Origin: Pseudomonadota bacterium
GTDB taxonomy: Bacteria > Pseudomonadota > Gammaproteobacteria > Burkholderiales > Burkholderiaceae_C
Reading direction: 5' to 3'
Assembly: GCA_023415035.1 (NCBI GenBank)
Contig: JAEZLX010000008.1
Span: 11,277 to 75,276 of the forward strand
DNA length: 64,000 nucleotides
This document shows positions 41,953 through 51,148 of the stretch, one piece after another. A program made the translations under genes and the position numbers. How positions within the stretch are numbered: the stretch's first letter is position 1; each line of letters opens with the position of its first letter. The notes under the pieces are model-generated. The model worked only from the letters and a program-made list of their open reading frames with translations. It made no database searches and had not been told where the DNA came from.

Positions 41953-43296
41953 ATGTCCCGCCAACCCGCACCGTCAGCGCTGGCCGACGAGCTGTCCGCG
42001 CGCGCCCGCGCCGCTGACAGCGTGGCGGAGCTGGGCATCAGCATGGCCAACGACAGCCATGCGGCACTGCCCTTCCGGCAGGCACTGGTTTTCGACGCGA
42101 AGGACCGGCTGCTGACCGTCTCCGGCCTGGCCCGCCCCACCGAGGACAGCCCCTATCTGCTGTGGCTGCGCCGCGCCTGGCCCTGGGTTCGCGAAAAGGC
42201 CGGTGCGGCGGGAGGCTGGTTCGCGCCCACCGACGGTGTGCTGGCCACCGCGCCCGACGGTGTGGCCGATGGCTGGCGCGAATGGTGGCCGGCGGGTGCC
42301 CTGGTGATCCCGCTCGCACGCCGCAGCGGCCAGCCGCTGGGCTGCGTGTGCTTCCTGCTCGATCAGCCCCCGACGCCAGCCTCGGCACAGGTGCTGACAC
42401 GCGTGGCGCCCACCTGGGCCTATTGCTGGGAGATGCTCGCGGGCGTGCCCCGCGACGGTCTGAAGGAACGCTGGCGGGGCCTGGGCAGGCTCAAGCAGCG
42501 CCTGATCATCGGCGCGCTGGTGCTGCTGCTGTTCCTGCCGGTGCGCCAGACGGCTCTCGCCCCCGCCGAGGTGGTACCGGTGGACGGCATGGAAATCGCC
42601 GCGGCCATCGACGGCGTGGTGAAGACCATTCATGTGCGGCCCAACCAGGCCGTCAAGGCCGGCGACCCGCTGTTCTCGCTCGACGACACCACGCTGCGCA
42701 GCCGGCTCGAAGTGGCCCGACAATCGGTCGCCGTGGCCGATGCCGAGCTCGAGGCTGCCAGCCAGCTGGCCTTCAACGACAGCCGCAGCAAGGCCGAGCT
42801 GGCCATCCTGACCGGTCGCGCGCAGGAGCGCCGGGCCGAACTGGCTGCCGTGCAGGAGCAGCTGGCGCGCGTGGATGTCGTCGCCCCCTACGATGGTGTC
42901 GCCGTGTTTGCCGATCCCGACCAGTGGCAGGGCAAGCCCGTGGCCACAGGCGAGCGCATCATGCTGCTGGCCAACCCCGACAAGCCAGGCATCCTGGTCC
43001 AGCTGCCGGTCGCCGACGCGATCGCGCTCGATCCGGGTGCCGCGGTGAAAGTCTTCCTGACCGTGCGTCCGCTTTCGCCCCTGTCAGGAAAGATCACCGA
43101 AACCAGTTACCAGGCAACGCTGTCGCCCGAAGGCGTTGCCAGCTACCGCCTGCGCGCCGAACTCGACGAGGACGACCGCCCCCATGCACGCCTGGGCCTG
43201 CGCGGCACGGCCAAGCTCTACGGCGGCTGGGTGACGCTGGGCTACTACCTGTTCCGGCGTCCGCTGGCCACCCTGCGCGAATGGACCGGACTGTGA
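41953..43296 (+). CDS. HlyD-family adaptor with N-terminal GAF-like cytoplasmic region
   Basis: TM (LLLFLPVRQTALAPAEV), IAAAIDGVV..IHVRPNQ.V..GD.LF, LGLRGTAK; TGATG coupling to the next gene. Confidence 0.85.
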   Translation: MSRQPAPSALADELSARARAADSVAELGISMANDSHAALPFRQALVFDAKDRLLTVSGLARPTEDSPYLLWLRRAWPWVREKAGAAGGWFAPTDGVLATAPDGVADGWREWWPAGALVIPLARRSGQPLGCVCFLLDQPPTPASAQVLTRVAPTWAYCWEMLAGVPRDGLKERWRGLGRLKQRLIIGALVLLLFLPVRQTALAPAEVVPVDGMEIAAAIDGVVKTIHVRPNQAVKAGDPLFSLDDTTLRSRLEVARQSVAVADAELEAASQLAFNDSRSKAELAILTGRAQERRAELAAVQEQLARVDVVAPYDGVAVFADPDQWQGKPVATGERIMLLANPDKPGILVQLPVADAIALDPGAAVKVFLTVRPLSPLSGKITETSYQATLSPEGVASYRLRAELDEDDRPHARLGLRGTAKLYGGWVTLGYYLFRRPLATLREWTGL

Positions 43297-45392
43297 TGCA
43301 GCCCAACGCGTCCGCCGCGCTGCAGCCCCTGCGACAGGACCTGCGCCTGTTCGAATCGGGGCCATCCAGCGACGGCTCCCCGGCCTGGGCGATCCAGGAC
43401 CCGGTGCTCAACCGCTTCTACCGCATCGGCTGGCTCGAATACGAGTGCCTGCTGCGCTGGCCCGGCGACCCGGCCCGCATTTCCGAGGACATAGCAGCCA
43501 GCACGCCTCTGGCCGTGGACGCAGAGCAGGTTGAAGACTTCGCGCGCTTTCTCGACCAGCACCAGCTGCTCAAGCCCTCTGCCGCAGGTGTCCAGCGCAT
43601 GGTCCAGAAGGCGCGCGAACCCGGCTGGCGGCACTGGCGCTGGTGGCTGCACCACTACCTGTTCATCCGCGTGCCGCTGATCCACCCCGAGCGCTGGCTG
43701 CAGCGTCTCGCGCGCCTGCTCGATCCGCTGTTTTCGTGGCCGGCGCTGATGTTGCTGCTGCTCGCCAGCCTGACGGGCATCGTGCTCGTGGCACGCCAGT
43801 GGGACAGCTTCACCCACAGCGTGATGGACCTCCTCACCCCGGGCGGCATCACCGGTTTCGCGCTGGCGCTGGTCGTGTCCAAGACATTGCACGAACTCGG
43901 CCATGCACTGGTCGCCACCCGCCTGGGCGTGCGCGTCGCCCACATGGGTGTCGCCTTCCTTGTGATGTGGCCCATGCTCTACACCGACACGGGCGAGTCA
44001 TGGCGTCTGCGCTCGCACCGGCAGCGCCTGGCCATCTCGGTGGCCGGCGTCAGCGTGGAGCTGGCCCTGGCGGGCCTGGCCACGCTCGCCTGGGCCCTCC
44101 TCGACGATGGCGCCCTGCGCCAAGCCGCGCTGTACCTGGCCACTACGGGGTGGGCGCTGTCGCTGGCGCTCAACATCAGCCCGTTCATGCGTTTCGACGG
44201 CTACTTCATTCTGTCGGACCTGATCGATTTCCCGAACCTGCACGAGCGCGCCGGTGCACACGCCCGCGTCTGGCTGCGGCGCACCCTGCTCGGCCTGACC
44301 GATTCCTGGCCGGAGGACCTGCCATTGCGCACGCGCCGAGCCCTCGTGGCCTTCGCGCTGACGACCTGGCTGTACCGCGCCGTTGTCTTTCTGGGCATCG
44401 CCTGGGCCGTGTACGCGTTTTTCTTCAAGGCGCTGGGCATCCTGCTGATGCTCGTCGAACTTGTCTGGTTCCTCGCCAAACCCGTATGGTCCGAGGTCCA
44501 GGTGTGGCGGCAGCGCTGGCACGAAGTGGCCCGTGCCCGGCGTCGCTGGCTGTGGGGCGCGTTGCTGGCCTTCATCGGACTGCTCGCCTTTCCGTGGCAA
44601 ACCGGCATCAGCGCCGAGGGTGTGGCGCATGCCCATCGCCAGCAATTCGTTTACGCGCCCTTCCCCTCGCGGCTGATGGGCTTGCACGAGGCCGGCCCCG
44701 TCAAAGCCGGCACCGTGCTCGCGCAATTCGATTCCCCCGACCTGGTGGCCCGCGAGCAGCGCTCGCAGGCCCTGATCGACGCGCTGCGCCGACAGCTTGA
44801 CGGTCTCATGGACGTCAGCGGCGGCATCGCCCAGGAACGCGCCACGCTGCAGCGCCTGCACGAGCAGCTGGCCGAGCGCGAATCCGTGCGCCAGGAGATC
44901 GCCCGCCTGAGCATCCAGGCGGAGTTCGACGGCCAGTGGCGCGATGTCGATCCGATGTTGCGCCCCGGGGGATGGCTGGGCACACGCGCTCCCGTCGGCG
45001 TGCTGATCGACACGTCCTCATGGGTCGTCGATGCCTATGTGGACCAGCGCACGGTCCATCGTATCGAGCCGGGCGCACGCGCCCGGTTCCTGCCCGAAGG
45101 CAGCGTCCGTGCACTCGACGCCGAGGTCATCTCGGTCGATTCCACGCGCGCGCAACGCCTGCTGCACCCGATGCTCGACACGCGCCACGGCGGCCACATC
45201 AGTACCGTACCCGGCGACCAGGGAGCCACGCCGGGCGATCACCTGTTCCGCGTGCGACTGCGCCTCGCGGAAGCCCCGCCCCATGCGAGGGAAACCCGGG
45301 GGCAGGCCCGCATCGAGGGCGCCCCGCAAAGCGCCCTCGTCAATGCCTTCAAGGCTGCCGCTGCGGTGGTGGTGCGAGAAAGCGGGTTCTGA
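43296..45392 (+). CDS. M50 (site-2) intramembrane metalloprotease fused to a HlyD-like adaptor domain
   Basis: HELGH (HExxH) and NISPFMRFDGY (NxxPxxxxDG) motifs, multiple TMs, C-terminal MFP domain; true start 43296 inside the longer 42162 ORF. Confidence 0.88.
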   Translation: MQPNASAALQPLRQDLRLFESGPSSDGSPAWAIQDPVLNRFYRIGWLEYECLLRWPGDPARISEDIAASTPLAVDAEQVEDFARFLDQHQLLKPSAAGVQRMVQKAREPGWRHWRWWLHHYLFIRVPLIHPERWLQRLARLLDPLFSWPALMLLLLASLTGIVLVARQWDSFTHSVMDLLTPGGITGFALALVVSKTLHELGHALVATRLGVRVAHMGVAFLVMWPMLYTDTGESWRLRSHRQRLAISVAGVSVELALAGLATLAWALLDDGALRQAALYLATTGWALSLALNISPFMRFDGYFILSDLIDFPNLHERAGAHARVWLRRTLLGLTDSWPEDLPLRTRRALVAFALTTWLYRAVVFLGIAWAVYAFFFKALGILLMLVELVWFLAKPVWSEVQVWRQRWHEVARARRRWLWGALLAFIGLLAFPWQTGISAEGVAHAHRQQFVYAPFPSRLMGLHEAGPVKAGTVLAQFDSPDLVAREQRSQALIDALRRQLDGLMDVSGGIAQERATLQRLHEQLAERESVRQEIARLSIQAEFDGQWRDVDPMLRPGGWLGTRAPVGVLIDTSSWVVDAYVDQRTVHRIEPGARARFLPEGSVRALDAEVISVDSTRAQRLLHPMLDTRHGGHISTVPGDQGATPGDHLFRVRLRLAEAPPHARETRGQARIEGAPQSALVNAFKAAAAVVVRESGF

Positions 45393-45413
45393 CCACCGAC
45401 CGCCGGAGACACA

Positions 45414-46391
45414 TCAGTTCAGCGTGATGTTCGCCTGACGGATGACCTCGCGCCACTTTTTCGACTCTTCGGCTACGAAGCGCTGCAACTCGTCGGGCGT
45501 CGATCCGGTCGCGGACATGCCCTTCGCGGCCGTGCTGGCCTTGAACTCCTCATCGGACAGCACCGCATTGACCATACCGCTGAGCTTTTTCACATCCGCC
45601 GGCTTCATCCCACTGGGAGCGAACAGCGCGATCCAGGTCATGGCCTCGTAACCCGGGTATCCGGACTCAGCAACGGTCGGCACTGACGGGAGCGCGGAAG
45701 GACGGGCCTTGCCCGTGGTTGCCAGCGGCACGATACGCCCTGCCTCGATCAGCGGCATCGCGGCGGTCAAGTCGAGAAAGCCGGCATCCACGCGGCCACC
45801 AGAGATGTCCTGCAGCGCCCCGGGCGTTCCGCTGTAGGGAATGTTGAGCATGAAGATGTTGGCCTTGTGCTTGAACATTTCCCCGGCCAGGTGGTGGCTG
45901 GTCCCCCTTCCGTTGGTGGCATAGGTCAGTTGTCCGGGCTTTTCCTTCGCCCGGCGCACCAGCTCCTGCAGCGAGGTAATGCCGGACTGCTTGCTGGCCA
46001 CGATCACCACCGGCGCCTCGGCCATCATCGACACTCCAGCCAGATCCCTGTCCGGTTGATAGCCCAGGTTTCGATAAAGCTCCGGATTGATGGTCATGGC
46101 GCCCGTCACCCCGACCAGCAGGGTATATCCGTCGGCCGGCGCCTTGACGACATGGCCCGTTGCCAGGTTGCCTGCCGCGCCCGGCTTGTTCTCCACAACG
46201 AAAGTGCCCTTGCCCCTGGTCTGCAGTTTCTCGGCCAGCTCGCGGGCAACAGCATCAGCCGACCCCCCCGGGGGGAACGGGAGCACGAGCTTGACCGGAC
46301 GCTCCGGGTAGGACTGTGCCACGGAAGCCAGTGAAGCCGTCATTGCCACAGCCGCCAAGCACAGTTGCAGGGCTTTCGAGAGTTTTTTCAT
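45414..46391 (-). CDS. TctC/Bug tripartite tricarboxylate transporter substrate-binding protein
   Basis: YPERPVKLVLPFPPGGSAD, VENKPGAAG, PADGYTL; AAGGAG RBS. Confidence 0.93.
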   Translation of the reverse strand: MKKLSKALQLCLAAVAMTASLASVAQSYPERPVKLVLPFPPGGSADAVARELAEKLQTRGKGTFVVENKPGAAGNLATGHVVKAPADGYTLLVGVTGAMTINPELYRNLGYQPDRDLAGVSMMAEAPVVIVASKQSGITSLQELVRRAKEKPGQLTYATNGRGTSHHLAGEMFKHKANIFMLNIPYSGTPGALQDISGGRVDAGFLDLTAAMPLIEAGRIVPLATTGKARPSALPSVPTVAESGYPGYEAMTWIALFAPSGMKPADVKKLSGMVNAVLSDEEFKASTAAKGMSATGSTPDELQRFVAEESKKWREVIRQANITLN

Positions 46392-46446
46392 GGTTGTCTC
46401 CTTGTGAATTCGCAAGCAAGAAATTCCAGCCTTGGTTGATCGGTGT

Positions 46447-48429
46447 TCATGCGCACACGTGATCTGCCGGTTCGAAGTCCGCGGTCAGTTTCCAGTAGTC
46501 ATTCAGCCCGAACGGCCAGGTCTGCGAAGCCCTGCCTTTCGAGTTCTTGTACCAGCTCGTGGTGGAGGCCACGCCCCACGCCTTTGTGTCGTTCCCGCGG
46601 TCGATGTATGCGTTGTAGGCGTGATAGGGCGCTTCCCGGCAATCGACCGACCTGAATCCATTGGCCACCAGATGTTTGATCACGCGCAGCGCATACTCGA
46701 CCTGGCACTCGGAAAAGAAGATCGCGCTGCCGTTGACCACCACACCGGTGTTCGGGCCACTGGTCATGAACAGGTTCGGGAAACCCGGCACGGAAATGCC
46801 CCGGTATGCCCGGCAGTCACCATCCCAGAAGGCATGCAGATCCTGCCCTCCCTTGCCCGTGATCCTGAGCGGGAACAGGAAGTCGGCCGCCTTGAACCCC
46901 GTAGCGCAGATCAGCACATCCACCGGATGCTCGCGGCCATCCTTCGTGACGATGGCATCGGCCGTCAGGTGCGAGATGTGGTCTGTCACGAGATCCACAT
47001 TGTCGCTCTTGAGCATCTCGGCCCACATGCCGTTGTCCCGCAACATGCGCTTGGCACCGGGCGGATAGTCCGGGATCACCTTTTCCAACAGGTCGGGGCG
47101 ATCGGCAAACTGCTTCTGCAGTTCGGCCAGACACTCCAGCCGCAAAGCCTCGTTGGCCTCGCTGACCGATACCGGATGCTTCCACGCGGGGTCCACCTCG
47201 ACCAGGTGCAGACGACCTTCCACGCCGATCCAGACCTGCCAGAAGCGGAACCACCGACCGTAGAACGGCACATGCTTCAGAAGCCATTGCATCCCGGGCT
47301 TCAGGTCGTCGTGGTAAGTGGGCGTCGGCAACATCCACGGCGGATTTCGCTGGAACACCGACAGTTTTTCGACCGACTTGTAGATCTCCGGTCCGATCTG
47401 GAAGGCACTTGCCCCAGTGCCGATCAGGGCAACCCGCTTGCCCTCCAGGCTGATGCCCTTGCGCCATGCCGCAGAGTGGACCACCTCGCCCTTGAACTCC
47501 GACAAACCCTCGAAGTCGGGAATGCTCGGCCGGTTGAGCAGGCCCATCGCCGTGATGACGAAGTTGAACTTCTCCTCCGAGACGGTTCCGCTCCTGTGGC
47601 GGCTTCTCACCACCCAGCACGCGTCGCTCTCGTCGAAGGTCAGCGACTCCACTTCCGTCTCCAGCCGCAGGTGGGACCGGATTCCCGCGCGCTCCACGAC
47701 ATCCAGGATATACCGGAGGATCTCGGGCTGCTCGGAGAACTGCTGCGGCCAGTCCTGCTTCTGGGCGAATGACAGGCTGTAAGCGAAATTCGGCGTATCC
47801 AGGCGACACCCCGGATAGGTGTTCTCCCACCACACGCCACCGACTTCGCTGTTCTTCTCGAAGACCGTGAAGTCCAGCCCGGCCTGCTTGAGCCTGTACG
47901 CCGCCGTGATCCCGGCGAAGCCGGACCCGATGACTGCCACGCGGAGCCCCGCTGCCGCAGGAAAGTCGCTCACATCCCAGCCTGGCGCACCCGCGTCCTC
48001 GTGCAGACTCAGTTCGTGGCGCAGCAGGTCGAAGTATTCGTCGCTGCCCGGCTTGACCAGGAAGCTCACGATGCGGTCCAGCATCTGCTTGGACAACTGG
48101 CCAGCCGGAGGGCTACCTGCATCGCGATACCGGATCAGTGCCTGAACGGCCACCTGGCGCGCCTTCTTCTGCGCTTCAAGGGACATGCCACCCTGGGGGG
48201 CGATCCGCGCCGTCATGGACGGGGATGGCGGTTTCAGGTCATCTGCCAGCAGAGCCTCGTCTCCTGTCAGCATCGCCAACGCCGCGAGCAGGGCTGGCAG
48301 TTCCGCATCCTTCACGGCCGCTTCGATTTGCGCATCGTCGGCGTCGATGGGCGCAACTCGATCGAAATCCTTGAGCGAGCCTGCCTGTGGCGTGGTGAAC
48401 GGGTGGTCTTTGGTTGAAACGTGATCCAT
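46447..48429 (-). CDS. Type I Baeyer-Villiger monooxygenase with long N-terminal extension (4-hydroxyacetophenone monooxygenase-like)
   Basis: GSGFAG, GGVWWENTYPG, FKGEVVHSAAW (FxGxxxHxxxW), GTGASA, ATGF. Confidence 0.88.
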   Translation of the reverse strand: MDHVSTKDHPFTTPQAGSLKDFDRVAPIDADDAQIEAAVKDAELPALLAALAMLTGDEALLADDLKPPSPSMTARIAPQGGMSLEAQKKARQVAVQALIRYRDAGSPPAGQLSKQMLDRIVSFLVKPGSDEYFDLLRHELSLHEDAGAPGWDVSDFPAAAGLRVAVIGSGFAGITAAYRLKQAGLDFTVFEKNSEVGGVWWENTYPGCRLDTPNFAYSLSFAQKQDWPQQFSEQPEILRYILDVVERAGIRSHLRLETEVESLTFDESDACWVVRSRHRSGTVSEEKFNFVITAMGLLNRPSIPDFEGLSEFKGEVVHSAAWRKGISLEGKRVALIGTGASAFQIGPEIYKSVEKLSVFQRNPPWMLPTPTYHDDLKPGMQWLLKHVPFYGRWFRFWQVWIGVEGRLHLVEVDPAWKHPVSVSEANEALRLECLAELQKQFADRPDLLEKVIPDYPPGAKRMLRDNGMWAEMLKSDNVDLVTDHISHLTADAIVTKDGREHPVDVLICATGFKAADFLFPLRITGKGGQDLHAFWDGDCRAYRGISVPGFPNLFMTSGPNTGVVVNGSAIFFSECQVEYALRVIKHLVANGFRSVDCREAPYHAYNAYIDRGNDTKAWGVASTTSWYKNSKGRASQTWPFGLNDYWKLTADFEPADHVCA

Positions 48430-48503
48430 TGCCTGTCTTTGCTAGGATGAAGGTATGGCGACACTGTCATCGCCCCGGGAAACTGGCGGCTCTGCTAAAG
48501 GGC

Positions 48504-49778
48504 TCACCGCTGGATGTTGAAAGCTTGGAGGTAGGGGCTTGCGGGCCACTCGGGCGCCTCGCCCCGCATGAACGCCAGCCATGACTGCTGCACGCGCTGA
48601 CTGACCGGGATTGCCCCGGCGCTGTCCAATCCTTGCAGCATCGGTGCCTGGGCAAATGCGGACCAGTTCCCGAACACGAACGGCAGCTCCACGCAGTGGC
48701 AAGCCCCTATGGCATCGGAAGGCGCAACGTCAAAGCGGTATTCCCAGGCACGCCGACCTGCTGCCCTTGCAGCGGTGGCCCATTGGCGCGAAGGTTCAAA
48801 AAACAGTGCATTCCCGGCGCGAACAGCCTCGTCGCCCGGGACATGCCCGGGGAATGCCAGCATTTCGTCGCGGTTCGTGCCAACGAGCACATCGGCCTTG
48901 TCCGCCACGGATATCCATGAAAAGTCATCCGGCAGGATCCCGCCATCGGACACCGGACAGAACAGGCCGTGGCCATCTCCCGCGGCTGCCAGACTCCGCC
49001 GGACTTCCGTGGCCTGTTGGGCCTGCAGCAGTGCCTCGACAGGCAACCGGCGTGCCTCGTCCGCGGTCCGGGCACCCGCCGCTCGCAGCAACGTATTCCC
49101 GATGTCCTTTGCGACCTCGGCCCGTCTCGGGCAGCGCCCGAACGGACCGCTTTGCAGGATGACCCTGGCAGCGGGCACGCCTGCAGCCAACAGGCCCGCC
49201 ACATTCACGGCTCCCGCTGACTGGCCCATCAGCGTGAGCGAAGCGGGATCCCCGCCGAATGCACCGATGTGATCGGTGACCCACCGGATCGCCAAGAACA
49301 GGTCCTGCAGACCCAGGTTGGGCGCAATGCCGTCGGCACACAGCCACCCCAACGGTCCAAGACGGTAATTGACAGACACCACAACGACTCCGCCCGCGGC
49401 GCACAGCCCTGCCCCGTCATACCAAGGGAGCGAGCTGCCACCGCTTTGCCAAGCACCTCCATGGATCCAGACGACCACGGGAAGCGCCCGGTCATGACGC
49501 TCCGGCGCCCAGACTGTCAGATGAAGGCAGTCTTCCGACTGCCTTGCCCGCATGTCACCGATCACGTTCCTGAGCAGCGAAGCCGTTTGCGGCGCCACCG
49601 GACCCGGTTCACGGGCGTCCACCAGCCCTTCGGGCACGAGTGCCACCGGAGGGGAAAAGCGGAGATCGCCAACAGGTGCCCTGGCATACCGGATGCCCGC
49701 GAACCGCCTCACGCCCTGCTCGCACGTGCCGATCAGTTCCGCGTTGCCCAAGCGAAGGCGAACGGTTTCCGCCATCAC
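48504..49778 (-). CDS. Type B carboxylesterase
   Basis: GIRYA, SEDCLHL, WIHGG, NYRLG, GQSAG nucleophile, GACHCVEL. Confidence 0.92.
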   Translation of the reverse strand: MMAETVRLRLGNAELIGTCEQGVRRFAGIRYARAPVGDLRFSPPVALVPEGLVDAREPGPVAPQTASLLRNVIGDMRARQSEDCLHLTVWAPERHDRALPVVVWIHGGAWQSGGSSLPWYDGAGLCAAGGVVVVSVNYRLGPLGWLCADGIAPNLGLQDLFLAIRWVTDHIGAFGGDPASLTLMGQSAGAVNVAGLLAAGVPAARVILQSGPFGRCPRRAEVAKDIGNTLLRAAGARTADEARRLPVEALLQAQQATEVRRSLAAAGDGHGLFCPVSDGGILPDDFSWISVADKADVLVGTNRDEMLAFPGHVPGDEAVRAGNALFFEPSRQWATAARAAGRRAWEYRFDVAPSDAIGACHCVELPFVFGNWSAFAQAPMLQGLDSAGAIPVSQRVQQSWLAFMRGEAPEWPASPYLQAFNIQR

Positions 49779-49984
49779 GATGCGCTACCGCCGTATCGCT
49801 GCACAGGCGTGACCGCCCCGGCTTCGGGCGCAGCCCCGAGCCTCTCGGCGCACAACAAGTCAACGAACACAAGGAGTGGTTTCACTGTGGATCCAGAGCG
49901 GTTTGGTCATGTCTGGCCCGCATTGGATTCACTTTTCCTTCATTCGTAAATGGAAAAATTTGCGATCACTTATGATGCTTTTTC

Positions 49985-50911
49985 ATGAATGCAAGCAAAG
50001 CACGTTACTCGGCCCTCACTGTCAAGCAGCTGCGAGCTTTCGTGGCCGTGTATCAGATGCGCGGACTCAGTGCCGCGGCTTCCCAGCTGTTTGTCACGCA
50101 GTCGGCGGTCAGCGTCCTGATCCGGCAAATGGAGCAAGAACTGGGGGTCCGTCTGTTTGACCGCACGACGCGGTCGCTGCAGCCGACACCGGCTGCCGAC
50201 GAAGCCATTGATGTTGCCCAGCGCGTGCTCAGGGACATTGATTCACTGGGAGCCGGTCTGAGCGACCTCTCGGCGTTGCGGCGCGGGAGGTTGACCATCG
50301 CCTGCACGCCGACGCTCGCACGCATCCTGCTGCCCGAGGCCATCAGCGAGTTCGTTCAGCTGTATCCCGATATCCACGTGGACATCGACGACTGTGCTCC
50401 GGACCAGTTCATTTCCCGACTGGTATCCGAGCACGCGGACTTCGGGCTTGGCACACCGGACACCGCCGGTGATGGCGTGCAGATGCTGCGCCTCATGAAC
50501 GACCATCTGAGCGTCGTCTGCCGCACCGATGACCCCTTCGCGCAACGCAAGTCCATCCGCTGGAAGGAGCTGGCAGGTGTTCCTGTCACGACCGTCCGGC
50601 CTGGCTACGGTGTCCGCCCGCTGATCGATCAATCCGCCGCACGCGCAGGCATACGCCTGAACATCGCACACGAGGTGGCGCTGCTATCGACCGCGCTATG
50701 GATGACATCCTGCGGCATGGGACCATCCGTGATGCCCGCCGCCTACGTGAAGTACTCGCACGACCCCCGTCTGGTTAGCCGGCCACTGGTCGGCCCCAAG
50801 GTCTCGCGTGACATCCATGTGCTCGTCAAGTCCGGGCGGTCCCTGTCCCCGGCCGCCAAGCGGTTCGTGCAGGTTCTCAAGGCGAGTCTTGGCTCCCCGC
50901 AGGTCGCCTAG
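49985..50911 (+). CDS. LysR-family transcriptional regulator
   Basis: HTH (AAASQLFVTQSAVS..IRQME..LG..LFDRTTR) plus substrate-binding domain; divergent from the esterase. Confidence 0.95.
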   Translation: MNASKARYSALTVKQLRAFVAVYQMRGLSAAASQLFVTQSAVSVLIRQMEQELGVRLFDRTTRSLQPTPAADEAIDVAQRVLRDIDSLGAGLSDLSALRRGRLTIACTPTLARILLPEAISEFVQLYPDIHVDIDDCAPDQFISRLVSEHADFGLGTPDTAGDGVQMLRLMNDHLSVVCRTDDPFAQRKSIRWKELAGVPVTTVRPGYGVRPLIDQSAARAGIRLNIAHEVALLSTALWMTSCGMGPSVMPAAYVKYSHDPRLVSRPLVGPKVSRDIHVLVKSGRSLSPAAKRFVQVLKASLGSPQVA

Positions 50912-50948
50912 CGCGGTCACTGCGGGAGGCCGTGCCGGCCACGGTGAT

Positions 50949-50980
50949 TCACTCAACCGTCACGGACTGGTTTTGCTAGT
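50949..50980. other. Distal att junction containing the displaced original glmS 3' end
   Basis: Minus strand reads GTG ACG GTT GAG TGA (VTVE*); GTCAC core 50959-50963 followed by GGACTGGTTTTGCTAGT, identical to 52305-52321. Confidence 0.85.
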
Positions 50981-51095
50981 GGGTTTTTCATTTTGCGGGG
51001 AGTCCTGACAACGGCGACGCGGGATGTATGCCGCTTGCCCCTTCGACTTGGCAGCATACGACAAGCTTCCTCCCATCTCTGGACAGCTGAAGCTC

Positions 51096-51148
51096 GGCGG
51101 AGTCAAGCACCAAGTGCAACACCGATTTATTGAATTGAGGAATTGGGT
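51096..51148 (-). repeat. Extra 53-bp copy of the IS30 right end abutting IRL
   Basis: Reverse complement of 52224-52276. Confidence 0.9.

Noticed and set aside
42162..43295. 1076-aa ORF as a single protein
   Set aside because: Its 5' part overlaps the real HlyD gene in another frame and is Arg/Gly-rich shadow sequence; the true start is 43296 (TGATG coupling)
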